Shown: positions 47,911-59,242, counted from the stretch's first letter. The stretch: DNA of 64,000 nucleotides from Pseudolabrys sp. (GCA_022841665.1 JALHRB010000007.1:54196-118195); one strand, 5' to 3'. The notes: generated by a model from the sequence alone, not told the origin. Program-made: numbers and translations.

Positions 47911-49266
47911 TTAAGCCGCCTTGTCCTCGTCTTCCTTGTAGAGCTCCTCGCGCGAGGCCGCCTTGTCGGTGACGCCGGCAAGCTCGACCAGGAAATCGAC
48001 CACTTTCTCCTCGAAGATCGGCGCGCGCAGCGCGGCGACCGCCTGCGGGTTGGCGCGGAAGTACTCGTAGACGCGCTGCTCCTGCCCCGGAAACTGCCGC
48101 ACCCTCTCCATGACGGCGCGGTTGAGCTCCTCGTCGGTGACGGTGATGGTATTCTTCTCGCCGATCTCGGCCAGCACCAGGCCGAGCCGCACGCGGCGCT
48201 CGGCGATGGCGCGGTATTCCGCCTTGGCCTTGTCCTCGGTGGTGTTCTCGTCGGCGAAGGTCTTCTTCTCCGTCTCCAGCTCCTGCAGCACCGACTTCCA
48301 GACGCGGTCGAACTCCTCCTCGACCAGCGTCGGCGGCGGCTCGAACTTGTGCAGCTTGTCGAGTTCGTCGAGCAGGCCGCGCTTGAGCTTCTGGCGCGAC
48401 ATCGCCTGGTGCTCGCGCGCAATGCGGTCCTTCACCGCCTCGCGCAGCTTGGCGAGCGATTCAAGACCGAGCGACTTGGCGAAGTCCTCGTCGATCGTGA
48501 CGGCGGAGGGCGCCTCGAGCGACTTGGCGGTGACGACGAATTCGGCGTCCTTACCGGCCAGATGCTCGGCCTGATAGTGCTCCGGAAACTTGACCTTGAG
48601 GGTGCGCGTCTCGCCGACGCCGATGCCGACGAGCTGCTCCTCGAAACCGGGAATGAAGGTGTTGGAGCCGATCAGCACGGGCGCGTCGTCGCCGGTGCCG
48701 CCTTCGAAGGCTTCGCCGTTGATGGTGCCCTTGTAGGAGATGGTGACGCGGTCGCCCTGCGCGGCCTTTTCGCCTTCGGCCTTGGTGGTGAACAGCTTGT
48801 TGGTGTCGGCGATGCGCTGGAGGCCTTCCTCGACCTCGGCGTCGGTGACATCGGTGGTCAGCCGGGTGAGCTTGATGGTCTTGAAATCGGCGAGCTTGAT
48901 CGGCGGCACGATTTCGAGCGCCATCGTGTAGTCGAGATCGGCCTTGCCATCGATGAGCTGCTGGATGGCGCCTTCCTCGGTCGGCAGCGTGACCTTGGGG
49001 TCGGCGGCGAGCTTGAAGCCGTGCTCGCTGACGATCTGGTTGTTGGCGTCGCGCACGGTCGCCTCGATGACCTCGGCCATGGTGGCGCGGCCATACATGC
49101 GCTTGAGGTGGGCGACCGGCACCTTGCCGGGGCGGAAGCCGCGGATCTGAACGCGGTCTTTCAGCTCGTCCAGACGGGCATTGACCTTGGCGTCGAGCTC
49201 GGCGGCCGGAACGACCACCTTGTATTCGCGCTTGAGGCCCTCGGAGAGCGTTTCGGTCACTTGCAT
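47911..49266 (-). CDS. tig: Trigger factor
   Basis: Track ORF extends across a tRNA. Trimmed to MQVTETLSEGLKREYKV at 49266. 451 aa with an FKBP-type PPIase core. Confidence 0.95.
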   Translation of the reverse strand: MQVTETLSEGLKREYKVVVPAAELDAKVNARLDELKDRVQIRGFRPGKVPVAHLKRMYGRATMAEVIEATVRDANNQIVSEHGFKLAADPKVTLPTEEGAIQQLIDGKADLDYTMALEIVPPIKLADFKTIKLTRLTTDVTDAEVEEGLQRIADTNKLFTTKAEGEKAAQGDRVTISYKGTINGEAFEGGTGDDAPVLIGSNTFIPGFEEQLVGIGVGETRTLKVKFPEHYQAEHLAGKDAEFVVTAKSLEAPSAVTIDEDFAKSLGLESLAKLREAVKDRIAREHQAMSRQKLKRGLLDELDKLHKFEPPPTLVEEEFDRVWKSVLQELETEKKTFADENTTEDKAKAEYRAIAERRVRLGLVLAEIGEKNTITVTDEELNRAVMERVRQFPGQEQRVYEYFRANPQAVAALRAPIFEEKVVDFLVELAGVTDKAASREELYKEDEDKAA

Positions 49267-49382
49267 GGAGTCACACTTTTCTCTGCTTGCGTTCGCGTCG
49301 CGCCGGCTCATCGCAAAGCCGTCCGCGCCACCCCTATCGGAAAACGAGCCTGAAGAGCCCGCGATTACATTGGCCCCCGGCG

Positions 49383-49467
49383 TGGTGCGGGCGGAGGGAC
49401 TCGAACCCCCACGACTTTCGCCACGGGAACCTAAATCCCGCGCGTCTACCAATTCCGCCACGCCCGC
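49383..49467 (-). tRNA. tRNA-Leu (UAG)
   Basis: Hand-folded: acceptor GCGGGCG/CGCCCGC, anticodon loop TTTAGGT, long variable arm, T-loop GGTTCGAGTCC, encoded CCA. 85 nt. Confidence 0.88.
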
Positions 49468-49696
49468 AAAGGGCCGTACTTGGACGAGTTGCCCGCGCCG
49501 TTCCCGCCGGGGCTTAACGCGGCCGTGCCCGCCAAGGCAAGGTGCAAAAGCGCCCCCGCGGGCGGCGCGGCTTATAACATGGTGAACTTTTGCCGCATCA
49601 TTAAAAATAGGCCGTTCTTGACCTGTCTCAATAGGTCGCAGGGCCGGTGGAATATTCGTACTTTGGGGGCCATTAGATCGGTTGGAGACTTGCGCC

Positions 49697-51136
49697 ATGG
49701 CCTTGGATGAGCGCCCCTTTTCCGCAACGATGCCGCTGACCCGCCGCCGCTGGCTCGCCGCCGCTGGCGTCAGTCTCGCTGCTTTCGCCCTGCCGCGACG
49801 CGGCGCCGCCCAAACCGACGGCTTTCGCGTGCTGCGGGCGGGTACGGGTATGGCCAGGCTGCGCGGCGCCGGCGAAGCCCCGACCCCCATCTGGGCCTAT
49901 GACGGCCAGAGCCCCGGCCCCACCTTGCGGGTGCGCCAGGGCGAGGAAGTCAAGGTCCGCCTCGTCAACGACCTCAAGCAGCCGACCGTCATCCACTGGC
50001 ATGGGCTGCGGCTGCCCAACGCGATGGACGGCGTGCCGCATCTCACGCAGATGCCGGTCGAGCCGGGCCAGAGCTTCGACTACCGCTTCGTGGCGCCCGA
50101 CGCCGGCACGTTCTGGTACCACTCGCACTTTCTCTCCTCCGAGCAGGTCGCGCGCGGGCTCTACGGCGTGCTGATCGTGGACGAGCGCGAGGCGGTCGAG
50201 GTCGACCGCGACGTCGTGCTGGTCGTGTCGGACTGGCGGCTGGCCAACGACGGCGCCATCCATCCGAGCTTCGGCAACATGCACGACGCTGCCATGGCGG
50301 GGCGGATCGGCCAGTACATCACGCTCAATAGCGAGGACTTCCTAAGCCTGCCGGTGCGGACCAACGAGCGCATCCGGCTGCGCCTGATCAACGCCGCCAA
50401 TGCGCGCATCTTCCAGCTGCGCATCGACCGGCACGTAGCGCGCATCATGGCCGCCGACGGGCAGCCCTGCCCGCCCATGCTCGCGCCGAACGGACTGTTG
50501 CGGCTGGCGCCGGGCAATCGCGTCGACCTGTTTCTCGACGCGCCGCTCGCGCCGGGTTCGAAGGCGGCAATCCTGGTCGACGACCTGCGCGGCAGCGAGC
50601 TTGAGATCGGACAGATCGTTTATGACCCCGGGCCGCCATTGCGCGCGGCCGCGCTGCCCGAGCCGAAGCCGCTGCCGGACAATCCGCTGCCGGCCAAGCT
50701 CGACCTCGGCCAGGCCTATAGGCTCGACGTGCCGCTCGACGGCGGCGGCATGCGCATGATGATGGGCGGCGGAATGGGAGGCACAGGCTTCCGCGGCCAG
50801 GGCATCCCGGCACAGCAGCGCATCTGGGCGCTCGCCGGGCTGTCGTCGAGCGGCCACGACGGACCGCCGTTGTTCAGCGTCGCGCGCGGCCGCACGGTCG
50901 CGCTGAGCCTGCCGAACCGCAGCATGTTCCCGCACGCCATGCATGTGCACGGGCACCATTTCCGCCAGCTTGATAGCAGCGGCTGGAAGCCCTACTGGCT
51001 CGACACGGTAATCGTGGACCCCGAGCGCACCGAGCGCATCGCTTTCGTCGCCGACAACCCCGGCAAGTGGATGATCCACTGTCACATGCTGGAGCATCAG
51101 GAAGCCGGCATGGCCGCTTGGTTCGAGGTCGCGTGA
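49697..51136 (+). CDS. Tat-exported multicopper oxidase
   Basis: Twin-arginine signal LTRRRWLAAAG. Copper motifs HWHGL, WYHSH, HAMHVHGHHF and HCHMLEHQEAGM. Confidence 0.9.
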   Translation: MALDERPFSATMPLTRRRWLAAAGVSLAAFALPRRGAAQTDGFRVLRAGTGMARLRGAGEAPTPIWAYDGQSPGPTLRVRQGEEVKVRLVNDLKQPTVIHWHGLRLPNAMDGVPHLTQMPVEPGQSFDYRFVAPDAGTFWYHSHFLSSEQVARGLYGVLIVDEREAVEVDRDVVLVVSDWRLANDGAIHPSFGNMHDAAMAGRIGQYITLNSEDFLSLPVRTNERIRLRLINAANARIFQLRIDRHVARIMAADGQPCPPMLAPNGLLRLAPGNRVDLFLDAPLAPGSKAAILVDDLRGSELEIGQIVYDPGPPLRAAALPEPKPLPDNPLPAKLDLGQAYRLDVPLDGGGMRMMMGGGMGGTGFRGQGIPAQQRIWALAGLSSSGHDGPPLFSVARGRTVALSLPNRSMFPHAMHVHGHHFRQLDSSGWKPYWLDTVIVDPERTERIAFVADNPGKWMIHCHMLEHQEAGMAAWFEVA

Positions 51137-51257
51137 GCCAAAACGGCGAGGCCTACCCCCATTACATACACGTATAGATTGTATGTTATATTCTATACTC
51201 GTATTATGCGATTGGCGGAACGCGCGAGGCGTTCGCGCCAATCACGGAGGGACCGTC

Positions 51258-51644
51258 ATGAAAGCGCCTGTCTGGCTTACGATCGGTATTCTGGCTGCGG
51301 CAGTGGGGCCGGCCCTCGCCGACAACAGCTATCAGAACACCTGTTCCAATATCGGCTTCGTCTACTCCGGCAACAACGCGGCCTTGCAGGCTGTCTGCCT
51401 GCGCACCAACGGCACGCCGAACGCCACGCAACTCGTCCTGCAAGGCATCAGCAACCAGAACGGCAAGCTGACGCAAGGGACGGGAGCGAGCACCTTCCAG
51501 CAGAGCTGCGGCAATATCCAGATCATCGTCAACGGCCCGAACTCGCTGCTGTCGGCGCTCTGCCGCACCACCGGCGGCAGTTCGGTGGCGACCAGCCTGT
51601 CGCTCAACAACATCTCCAACAACAACGGCACGCTGCAGCAATAA
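51258..51644 (+). CDS. Secreted cyanovirin-N homology (CVNH) domain lectin
   Basis: ATG at 51258 follows GGAGGG. Signal peptide ends ALA. The mature ~105 aa forms two internal repeats with 4 Cys that align by eye to cyanovirin-N (..TC.N......L.A.C.RTNG......L.L...I.N..G.L). Confidence 0.75.
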   Translation: MKAPVWLTIGILAAAVGPALADNSYQNTCSNIGFVYSGNNAALQAVCLRTNGTPNATQLVLQGISNQNGKLTQGTGASTFQQSCGNIQIIVNGPNSLLSALCRTTGGSSVATSLSLNNISNNNGTLQQ

Positions 51645-51670
51645 GGCGCGGCGTCCTTTACGCCTCCCGC

Positions 51671-53185
51671 CTACCTGGAGCGGCCCGCGGCCGCTCCTTT
51701 TTCGTCCAGGACCGCGCGCAACACCGCCGGCAGCATCTCAGGCAGATCTTCCGCGATCAGCCCGGGGCCGAAGGCGCGCGCGGCTTCGCCGTGCAGCCAG
51801 ACGGCGGCGCTGGCGGCCTCGAAGGCCGGCATGTGCTGCGCCATCAGCCCGGCAATCGTGCCCGCCAGCACATCGCCGGAGCCGGCGGTGGCAAGCGTCG
51901 GCGGCGCGTTGTCGGCGATCGAGGCGCGACCGTCGGGCGCGGCGACGACCGTGTCGGGGCCTTTGAGCAAAGCCACCGCGCCGCTTTGCCGGGCCGCCGC
52001 ACGAGTTTTCTCAAGTTTTGCAATAATGTGAGTATCTTCATATATCGATTTGAATAATCGTGCAAATTCCCCATCATGCGGCGTCAGGACCACGCCCGCG
52101 CCCCGATGCTGCGCAATGGCGCCATCCAGGGCCGCCGGCTCGTCCGCGAAGCTTGTCAGGGCGTCGGCATCCAGCACCACGGCCGCTTCGCTCGCGAGTG
52201 CCGCGCACACGCATTCCCGCATCGCCGGCCCGACCCCGCTCCCTGGCCCCAGCACGACCGCGTTGCGCCGCTTGTCGGCGAGGAAGTCCGCGAGATCCAC
52301 CGGGCTGTCTACCGCGCGCACCATGACCGCCAGGCTCGCGGCCGCGTTCACCGCGAGCGCCTCACGCGGGCTCGCCAGCGTCACCAGCCCTGCTCCGGCC
52401 CGCAACGCCGCGCGCGCCGCCAGCCGCGCGGCGCCCGTGGTCGACAGGCCGCCCGAGACCACCACCGCATGGCCGCGCGCGTATTTGTGGCCGTCGATTG
52501 CCGGCACCGGAAAAGCAGCCCGCCAGAGCGCCGGGCGATTGACGAAAGTCGTCGGCGCAATCGCTTCCAACACGCTGTCCGGAATGCCGATGGCGGCGAC
52601 CTCGATCGCGCCGCAGTGGCTGCGGCCCGGCAGCAGCATGTGCCCGACCTTGCGGCGGAAGAAGGTGACGGTGCGCGCCGCTTTCACCGCCACGCCCATG
52701 ACCTGGCCGCTGGTGCCATTGATGCCGCTCGGCAGGTCAACGGCCAGCACCGGCACGCCGGCGGCGTTTATCGCCTCGATCAGCGCGCGCGGCAGTCCTT
52801 CGACCGGCCGGTCGAGCCCGGCGCCGAACAGGGCGTCCACGATCAGGTCGCAGCCGCCGATGGCGTCCGGCGTCGCCGCCACCGTCTGTCCGGTCCAGCG
52901 CGTTGCGGCGACCCCGGCGTCGCCCTTGAGTCTGGCGCGCTCGCCGAGCAGAAGGACGCGCACCGCGAAGCCGTGCTCGGCCAGCAGCCGCGCCGCCACG
53001 AAGCCGTCGCCGCCATTGTTGCCGGGGCCGGCCACGACGGCGATGCGCGGGCGCTTGGCCATGGCCGCCGCCGCATCGGCGACGGCGCGGCCCGCATTCT
53101 CCATCAGCACAATGCCCGGCATGCCGCCGGCGATGGTGCGCCGGTCGGCCTCGGCCATTTGGTCGTTGGTGAGGAGCTCAATCAT
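51671..53185 (-). CDS. nnr: Bifunctional NAD(P)H-hydrate repair enzyme (epimerase/dehydratase)
   Basis: 504 aa. N-terminal YjeF_N domain (GPGNNGGDG) and C-terminal carbohydrate-kinase domain (GSGDVLAG). Confidence 0.88.
   Translation of the reverse strand: MIELLTNDQMAEADRRTIAGGMPGIVLMENAGRAVADAAAAMAKRPRIAVVAGPGNNGGDGFVAARLLAEHGFAVRVLLLGERARLKGDAGVAATRWTGQTVAATPDAIGGCDLIVDALFGAGLDRPVEGLPRALIEAINAAGVPVLAVDLPSGINGTSGQVMGVAVKAARTVTFFRRKVGHMLLPGRSHCGAIEVAAIGIPDSVLEAIAPTTFVNRPALWRAAFPVPAIDGHKYARGHAVVVSGGLSTTGAARLAARAALRAGAGLVTLASPREALAVNAAASLAVMVRAVDSPVDLADFLADKRRNAVVLGPGSGVGPAMRECVCAALASEAAVVLDADALTSFADEPAALDGAIAQHRGAGVVLTPHDGEFARLFKSIYEDTHIIAKLEKTRAAARQSGAVALLKGPDTVVAAPDGRASIADNAPPTLATAGSGDVLAGTIAGLMAQHMPAFEAASAAVWLHGEAARAFGPGLIAEDLPEMLPAVLRAVLDEKGAAAGRSR
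51677..51702 (+). terminator. Rho-independent terminator of the CVNH gene, lying inside the convergent nnr 3' end
   Basis: Stem ggagcggcc-cgc-ggccgctcc followed by ttttt. Confidence 0.55.
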
Positions 53186-53312
53186 CGCCGCAAAGACTAT
53201 CGGGCAGGTCTCGGGCCGCCAAATTGAGGCAAATCAGGCGCTCATCATCGACCTGACCCGCATGTGCACTTTTTTTAGCCATTCTGACTACATTTTGGGC
53301 CCTTAACATTAG

Positions 53313-53798
<486 letters not shown>

Positions 53799-53858
53799 TC
53801 AACCGCGAGCAGCGTCACCTCGCGGGTGCTCCATTCAAAAAAAGGGGGAATGCAATCC

Positions 53859-55268
53859 ATGACGACAGCCAAAGAAGTCATGAAGATGATCAAGGACAGC
53901 GACGTGAAATACGTCGACTTCCGGTTTACCGATCCGCGCGGCAAGTGGCAGCACGTCACTTTCGACGTGACCATGATCGAAGAAGAGACCTTCGCGGAAG
54001 GCATCATGTTCGACGGCTCGTCGATCGCCGGCTGGAAGGCGATCAACGAATCCGACATGTGCCTGATGCCCGATCCGGCCACGGCCTGCATCGATCCGTT
54101 CTTCGCCGAGACCACGCTGGTGCTGGTGTGCGACGTGCTCGAGCCGACCACCGGCGAGCCCTACAACCGCGACCCGCGCGGCATGGCCAAGAAGGCGGAA
54201 GCCCTGGTCAAGTCGATGGGCATCGGCGACACGATCTATTTCGGCCCCGAGGCCGAATTCTTCGTGTTCGACGACGTGAAGTTCTCGTCCGACCCCTACA
54301 AGGTCGGCTTCAAGGTCGATTCCATCGAGCTGCCGACCAACTCGGACACCGACTATGAAGGCGGCAACCTCGGCCACCGCATCGGCACCAAGCAGGGCTA
54401 CTTCCCGGTGCCGCCGCAGGACTCGGCGCAGGACATGCGCAGCGAGATGCTCGCCGCCATGGCCAAGATGGGCGCCAAGATCGAGAAGCACCACCACGAA
54501 GTGGCTTCCGCGCAGCACGAGCTCGGCTTGAAGTTCTCGCCGCTGACGCAGATGGCCGACATGATGCAGGTCTACAAGTACTGCATCCACCAGGTGGCAC
54601 AGATCTACGGCAAGTCGGCGACCTTCATGCCGAAGCCGATCTACGGCGACAACGGCTCGGGCATGCACTGCCACCAGTCGATCTGGAAGGGCGGCAAGCC
54701 GGTGTTCGCGGGCAACAAGTACGCCGACCTGTCGGAAACCTGCCTGTCCTACATCGCCGGCATCATCAAGCACGCCAAGGCGATCAACGCCTTCACCAAC
54801 CCGACCACCAACTCCTACAAGCGTCTGGTGCCGGGCTTCGAGGCGCCCGTGCTGCTCGCCTACTCGGCGCGCAACCGCTCGGCTTCGTGCCGCATTCCCT
54901 ACACCACCAACCCGAAGGCCAAGCGCGTCGAGGTCCGCTTCCCCGACCCGCTCTGCAATCCGTATCTCGGCTTTGCCGCGATGCTGATGGCCGGCCTCGA
55001 CGGCATCAAGAACAAGCTCCACCCCGGCGACGCCATGGACAAGGACCTCTACGACCTGCCGCCGGCCGAGCTCAAGCAGATCCCGACGGTCTGCGGGTCG
55101 TTGCGCGAGGCGCTGCAAAGCCTCGACAAGGACCGCGACTTCTTGAAGAACGGCGGCGTGTTCGATGACGACTTCATCGACAGCTACATCGACCTCAAGA
55201 TGACGGAAGTGATCCGCTTCGAGCACACCCCGCATCCGGTCGAATACGTGATGTACTACTCGGCGTAA
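53859..55268 (+). CDS. glnA: Glutamine synthetase type I
   Basis: 469 aa from [13 protein letters not shown]. Contains the adenylylation-site region NLYDLPP-like (DLYDLPPAE). Confidence 0.96.
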   Translation: MTTAKEVMKMIKDSDVKYVDFRFTDPRGKWQHVTFDVTMIEEETFAEGIMFDGSSIAGWKAINESDMCLMPDPATACIDPFFAETTLVLVCDVLEPTTGEPYNRDPRGMAKKAEALVKSMGIGDTIYFGPEAEFFVFDDVKFSSDPYKVGFKVDSIELPTNSDTDYEGGNLGHRIGTKQGYFPVPPQDSAQDMRSEMLAAMAKMGAKIEKHHHEVASAQHELGLKFSPLTQMADMMQVYKYCIHQVAQIYGKSATFMPKPIYGDNGSGMHCHQSIWKGGKPVFAGNKYADLSETCLSYIAGIIKHAKAINAFTNPTTNSYKRLVPGFEAPVLLAYSARNRSASCRIPYTTNPKAKRVEVRFPDPLCNPYLGFAAMLMAGLDGIKNKLHPGDAMDKDLYDLPPAELKQIPTVCGSLREALQSLDKDRDFLKNGGVFDDDFIDSYIDLKMTEVIRFEHTPHPVEYVMYYSA

Positions 55269-55318
55269 GCGTTCCTCCCAATCATCGCACAGGTTATCGA
55301 GACCTGGGCGATGCACCT

Positions 55319-55357
55319 TAAAGGGCGCCTCTCACAAGGAGGCGCCCTTTTCTTTTG
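55319..55357. terminator. Bidirectional rho-independent terminator between glnA and the chemoreceptor gene
   Basis: Stem aagggcgcctc / gaggcgccctt flanked by an A-tract and ttttcttttg. Confidence 0.8.
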
Positions 55358-55359
55358 AA

Positions 55360-57327
55360 TCAGGCGGCGACCTTGCCGAGGAACTGCTCAACCTGCGACC
55401 GCAGCTTGGCAACGGCGCTCTCCACGCTTTCCGATGCCTGCAACACGAACTCGGCCGACCCTTGCGCCTCGGCGGTCGCGCTGGCGACCTCGACAAGAAC
55501 CGACGAGACGAGACCGGTTCCTTCCGCCGCGCTCGCGACATTACGGGAGATCTCGCCGGTCGCCGCGCTCTGTTGCGTGACGGAAGTGGCGACCGCGTTG
55601 GTGCACTCGTTGATTTCCTGCATGCGGCTTGCGATTGTTTGCAGCGTGGCGACCGCGCCCGAAGTCGAGCTCTGCACTTCCAGAATATGTTTGGCGATCT
55701 CCTCGGTCGCTTTCGCGGTTTGCACCGCGAGCGACTTGACTTCCGAGGCGACGACCGAGAAACCTCGCCCCGCCTCGCCGGCGCGCGCCGCCTCGATCGT
55801 GGCATTGAGCGCGAGCAAGTTCGTTTGCGCCGCAATTTTGCGGATGAGGCTGACCACGTTGCCAATCTTCTCGGCGCCGACCGAGAGACCTACGATTTCG
55901 CCGTCGGTGGCCTCGGCTTCGGTCGTGGCGAACCTCACGACCTCGGTCGTATGCACAAGCTGGTTGCTTATCTCCGCAATCGATTCGGACAGCTCATTCG
56001 CCGCGGTCGCCACGGCCTTCACGTTCGCGGACGCCTCGTCGAATGCGCCGACCGCACCCACCGCCCGTTCCGACGTCTGCCGGGAGTTTCCGAGCAACGT
56101 TTGCGCGGTCGCACGCATGGCGCCGACGCTGTCTTTGACGCTGTCGAGCAGGCTTGCCGCCTGCGGGCGAAACTCGGCGATGGCCTGGTCGATGAGGGCG
56201 CGGCGCTGCTGCTCGTTTTGAATCTCGATGCGCTCCCGCGCCACCTTTTCCTGTTCGGTGACGTCCTCGTGGGTCGAGACCCACCCCCCGCTCGGTCTAG
56301 CGATATTCGAAACCGCGATCTTTCGTCCATTCGGCAGTTCAAAAACGTGCCTGAACGTGTTGCCAGATCGAGCGGCGGCCTGGGCACGGCGCGCAAACTC
56401 CTCCGGATCTTCGTCCAAGGTCCCGACTTCGAGTCGGTAATGCAGCAGATCCAGCAGCGTACAGCCGAACAGCGACCGGCCCTGCAAGCCGTAGACGTCG
56501 ACATAACGCTGATTCCATAGGACCACGCGACCGTTCTTGTCGAACATCACAAGGCCCTGGGACATATGATCGAGCGCGTCGTTGAGCAGCGTGAGCTTTT
56601 CCTTGGTCGCATGGTCGGCAAAAGCGCCAACGATGCAGACGCCGAGAATGCCGACAGCGACGCTGGCGATGGCCACCGACAGCGAAACCGGTGAGACTGA
56701 AAAGCCTGAAAAGACGCGCGCCGGATCGGGAACGATCTGGACCGCTCCCATGGCCGTAAAATGATGGGAAACGATGGCCAGCGTCAAAAGCAGCGCGGCA
56801 ACCGCCGACCAACGCGCCTTCAGATGCCGCTCGGCAACCATCAGCGAGGCCATCCCGAACGCCATTCCGAGCACGATCGACGACACGACCAGGTCGGTGG
56901 ACCACGTGACGTATCCGGGCATTTCCAGGGCGGCCATGCCGAGGTAATGCATGCTCGCCACGCCGGCGCCGATGACCGCGCCGCCGATCGGCGTTCCCCA
57001 GCGAGAGGGCCCGTAGACGGCCGTGGCAAATCCGATACCTGTCACGCAAACGGCAGCGGCCAAGGACAGCGCTGTCAAGACGGCATTAAAGGCAACGGGA
57101 ACCGCGGGCTCGTAGGCCAGCATCGCAATGAAATGTGTCGCCCAGATTCCACAACCGGTCGCCACGCCGGATCCCACAACCCAAAGCAGGCGGGCGCGGT
57201 CCTGGCTCACCTGCGCACGTTTGAACAGGATGATACCGGTAAGGCTCGCGATGACACAGACCAGACCAGCCAGGACGACCAAACGCCACTCGTGTTCGGT
57301 GGTCAGGCAGGTGAAGACTTGGAACAT
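55360..57327 (-). CDS. Methyl-accepting chemotaxis protein with N-terminal MHYT membrane domain and PAS domain
   Basis: 655 aa. Three MHYT-type motifs ([26 protein letters not shown]) in 6-7 TM segments. A PAS-like segment, then the MCP signalling domain ([31 protein letters not shown]). Confidence 0.85.
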   Translation of the reverse strand: MFQVFTCLTTEHEWRLVVLAGLVCVIASLTGIILFKRAQVSQDRARLLWVVGSGVATGCGIWATHFIAMLAYEPAVPVAFNAVLTALSLAAAVCVTGIGFATAVYGPSRWGTPIGGAVIGAGVASMHYLGMAALEMPGYVTWSTDLVVSSIVLGMAFGMASLMVAERHLKARWSAVAALLLTLAIVSHHFTAMGAVQIVPDPARVFSGFSVSPVSLSVAIASVAVGILGVCIVGAFADHATKEKLTLLNDALDHMSQGLVMFDKNGRVVLWNQRYVDVYGLQGRSLFGCTLLDLLHYRLEVGTLDEDPEEFARRAQAAARSGNTFRHVFELPNGRKIAVSNIARPSGGWVSTHEDVTEQEKVARERIEIQNEQQRRALIDQAIAEFRPQAASLLDSVKDSVGAMRATAQTLLGNSRQTSERAVGAVGAFDEASANVKAVATAANELSESIAEISNQLVHTTEVVRFATTEAEATDGEIVGLSVGAEKIGNVVSLIRKIAAQTNLLALNATIEAARAGEAGRGFSVVASEVKSLAVQTAKATEEIAKHILEVQSSTSGAVATLQTIASRMQEINECTNAVATSVTQQSAATGEISRNVASAAEGTGLVSSVLVEVASATAEAQGSAEFVLQASESVESAVAKLRSQVEQFLGKVAA

Positions 57328-57424
57328 CGGCGTCTCCGGATATGACGTTTCAACGCCTTTTTTACGGGGTTTAGGTTGCGTTAAGGTGAGGCGATCATCC
57401 AGCGCAACAGGCCGGGCAATCGAC

Positions 57425-57670
57425 TCACGCGATCAGCAGCACAAGAGTCACGAGGCCTGCGGCAATGCCGGCCAAGGTCGCCAGCATCTGCTTGCGGTGG
57501 CGGCGCGGGCCGTAGACCCCGGCCGCGCGGCGCTCCGCGATCAGCGCGGCGTCGAATTCGGCGGACGAGGAAAAGGCGCAGGCAAGCGCAAGCCCTGCCC
57601 GTTCGGCATAAGCCTCAAGCGCATCGGCACTGGACCGCCCGCTGGAAAAACTACGCACCATGCGGCCCAT
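57425..57670 (-). CDS. Hypothetical tail-anchored small protein
   Basis: 81-aa ORF filling the gap between the two signalling genes. C-terminal hydrophobic segment. No homology recognised. Confidence 0.3.
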   Translation of the reverse strand: MGRMVRSFSSGRSSADALEAYAERAGLALACAFSSSAEFDAALIAERRAAGVYGPRRHRKQMLATLAGIAAGLVTLVLLIA

Positions 57671-57697
57671 GCTAAGGCCCCCATGGTAAACGAAAGG

Positions 57698-58954
57698 TTA
57701 GGCGCGCTGTCCCTCGGCGCCCGCGTGGCGGCGCACGGTAAGCCCCGACTGCGGCAGCGTCATCGCCGGCGGCGGCGGCGGCGCGGCAGCCTCCTCCGCG
57801 TCCGGCGCGGCCTCCATGCGGTTTCGCCCATTGTGCTTGGCGCAATAAAGCGCGGCGTCGGCGCGCGCGATCACGGCGTCGATATCGACCTGCGCGGCCT
57901 GCGCGGTGGCGGCGCCGATGCTCACCGTCGCGCCGATGGCATGCGTCGCGATGGTGACGCCGGCGGCTTCGAAGCTGGCGCGCACACGCTCGGCGATCTT
58001 GGCGGCGATCGCCATGTCGCCCGGCACGATAGCCGCGAATTCCTCGCCGCCGAGGCGTCCGACGATGTCGTCGGCACGCATGCTGCTGCGCACGACCTGC
58101 GCGAAGACGCGCAGGGCCTCGTCCCCGACTGCGTGGCCGAAGCGGTCGTTGATCGACTTGAAATGGTCGAGGTCGAACATCATCAGCGTGACTTTTCCTC
58201 CGCGCCGGGCTACGCGCGCGGAGAGCGCGAGCGCGTTCTCGAGGAAGGCGCGCCGGTTGAGCAGGCCGGTCAGGTGATCGGTCGAGGCGGCCCGGCGGTA
58301 GACGTGCACGTGGTGGTCCTTGACCATCAGCAGCACGATGAAGGCGGTGCCGACCGCGTAGATGATCGTCTCCAGCGCCAGCACCGTCATCAGGTTGGGG
58401 GCGGCTTTTTCCGGCAGCACGGCCTGTAGCGCGAACGGCATCAGGAAAATGGCGGCGTGCAAACACGGCACGACGATCGCGGCGGTGCGCGAGAACAGCG
58501 ATTCGCGCCGCTCGCGCCACAGCTCCCAGGCGATGACGAAGGTGTAGCAGGCGACCACCAGCGCGCCGAGCCCGATAGGCCCGCCACCGGCGCTGGTCAG
58601 TGACGGAAACTGATGGAGCACCAGCCAGCCGAGCGCGCCGGCGCAGGCCGGCAGCGGCAGGAGCTTGCGGCCGTGGAACAGGCGCACCCCGCTCCAGATG
58701 ATGCCGCAGGCGAGGAAGAACAGCGCGCCCGGCACTTCCGGCGGCACCCGTACGATCGGCGTCTGCTGGCCCCACAGCGTCATGGAGGCGGCGCCGATGA
58801 GATAAGCCGAGCCCCACCAGGCAAGCGCGCGCGCATCGCGCTGCTGTGCCCAGGCGAAGATCAGGAAAAGGCCGAGCAGCGTCGCGAGGCAGACAGCGAC
58901 GAAGGTCAGCGTCGGCACGTCCAGGAAAGATTGCATAGGCTCAGCGGCCGTCAT
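57698..58954 (-). CDS. Membrane-bound diguanylate cyclase (GGDEF)
   Basis: About 6 TM N-terminal domain. GGDEF domain with active site RLGGEEFA. Start placed at MTAAEPMQSF; the ATG at 58936 is also possible. Confidence 0.85.
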   Translation of the reverse strand: MTAAEPMQSFLDVPTLTFVAVCLATLLGLFLIFAWAQQRDARALAWWGSAYLIGAASMTLWGQQTPIVRVPPEVPGALFFLACGIIWSGVRLFHGRKLLPLPACAGALGWLVLHQFPSLTSAGGGPIGLGALVVACYTFVIAWELWRERRESLFSRTAAIVVPCLHAAIFLMPFALQAVLPEKAAPNLMTVLALETIIYAVGTAFIVLLMVKDHHVHVYRRAASTDHLTGLLNRRAFLENALALSARVARRGGKVTLMMFDLDHFKSINDRFGHAVGDEALRVFAQVVRSSMRADDIVGRLGGEEFAAIVPGDMAIAAKIAERVRASFEAAGVTIATHAIGATVSIGAATAQAAQVDIDAVIARADAALYCAKHNGRNRMEAAPDAEEAAAPPPPPAMTLPQSGLTVRRHAGAEGQRA

Positions 58955-59242
58955 CGAAGCTCCTTGCGCCCTCAGGGCGCTGAAGCGCTCCGTCAGGCGC
59001 GCGCAAAATAACGAGGGGAAGTGCCGAAAGGCTTTCGGCATTCTGCGCGCTTCGATGAAAGACTTGCTCTAATTCGAGCTAAATCCCGGACGGGAACAGT
59101 AAAAATGACGGTGGTGCTAAGCGCTGCCGGCGCGCGGTTCGCGTTGCGGCCAAATTCAGTTCAAATGCCCGGCGAATTCGCATGCGCAAAAGCAAAGGGC
59201 GCGCCTTCCAGCGCGCCCTCGCAACGTTCGACCGCGTATCGC

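Noticed and set aside
49629-49665. Possible MerR/CueR-type operator upstream of the multicopper oxidase (TTGACC followed by the inverted repeat GACCT-N8-AGGTC).
   Set aside because: No acceptable -10 hexamer lies at the 19-20 bp spacing characteristic of MerR-family promoters. The arms are only 5 bp, and no MerR-family regulator gene is nearby.
57086-57289. Numerous 60-160-aa ORFs nested within or antisense to the chemoreceptor, diguanylate cyclase, glnA, nnr and other genes.
   Set aside because: They are fully embedded in better-supported genes, have Arg/Pro/Ala-rich composition and no RBS.
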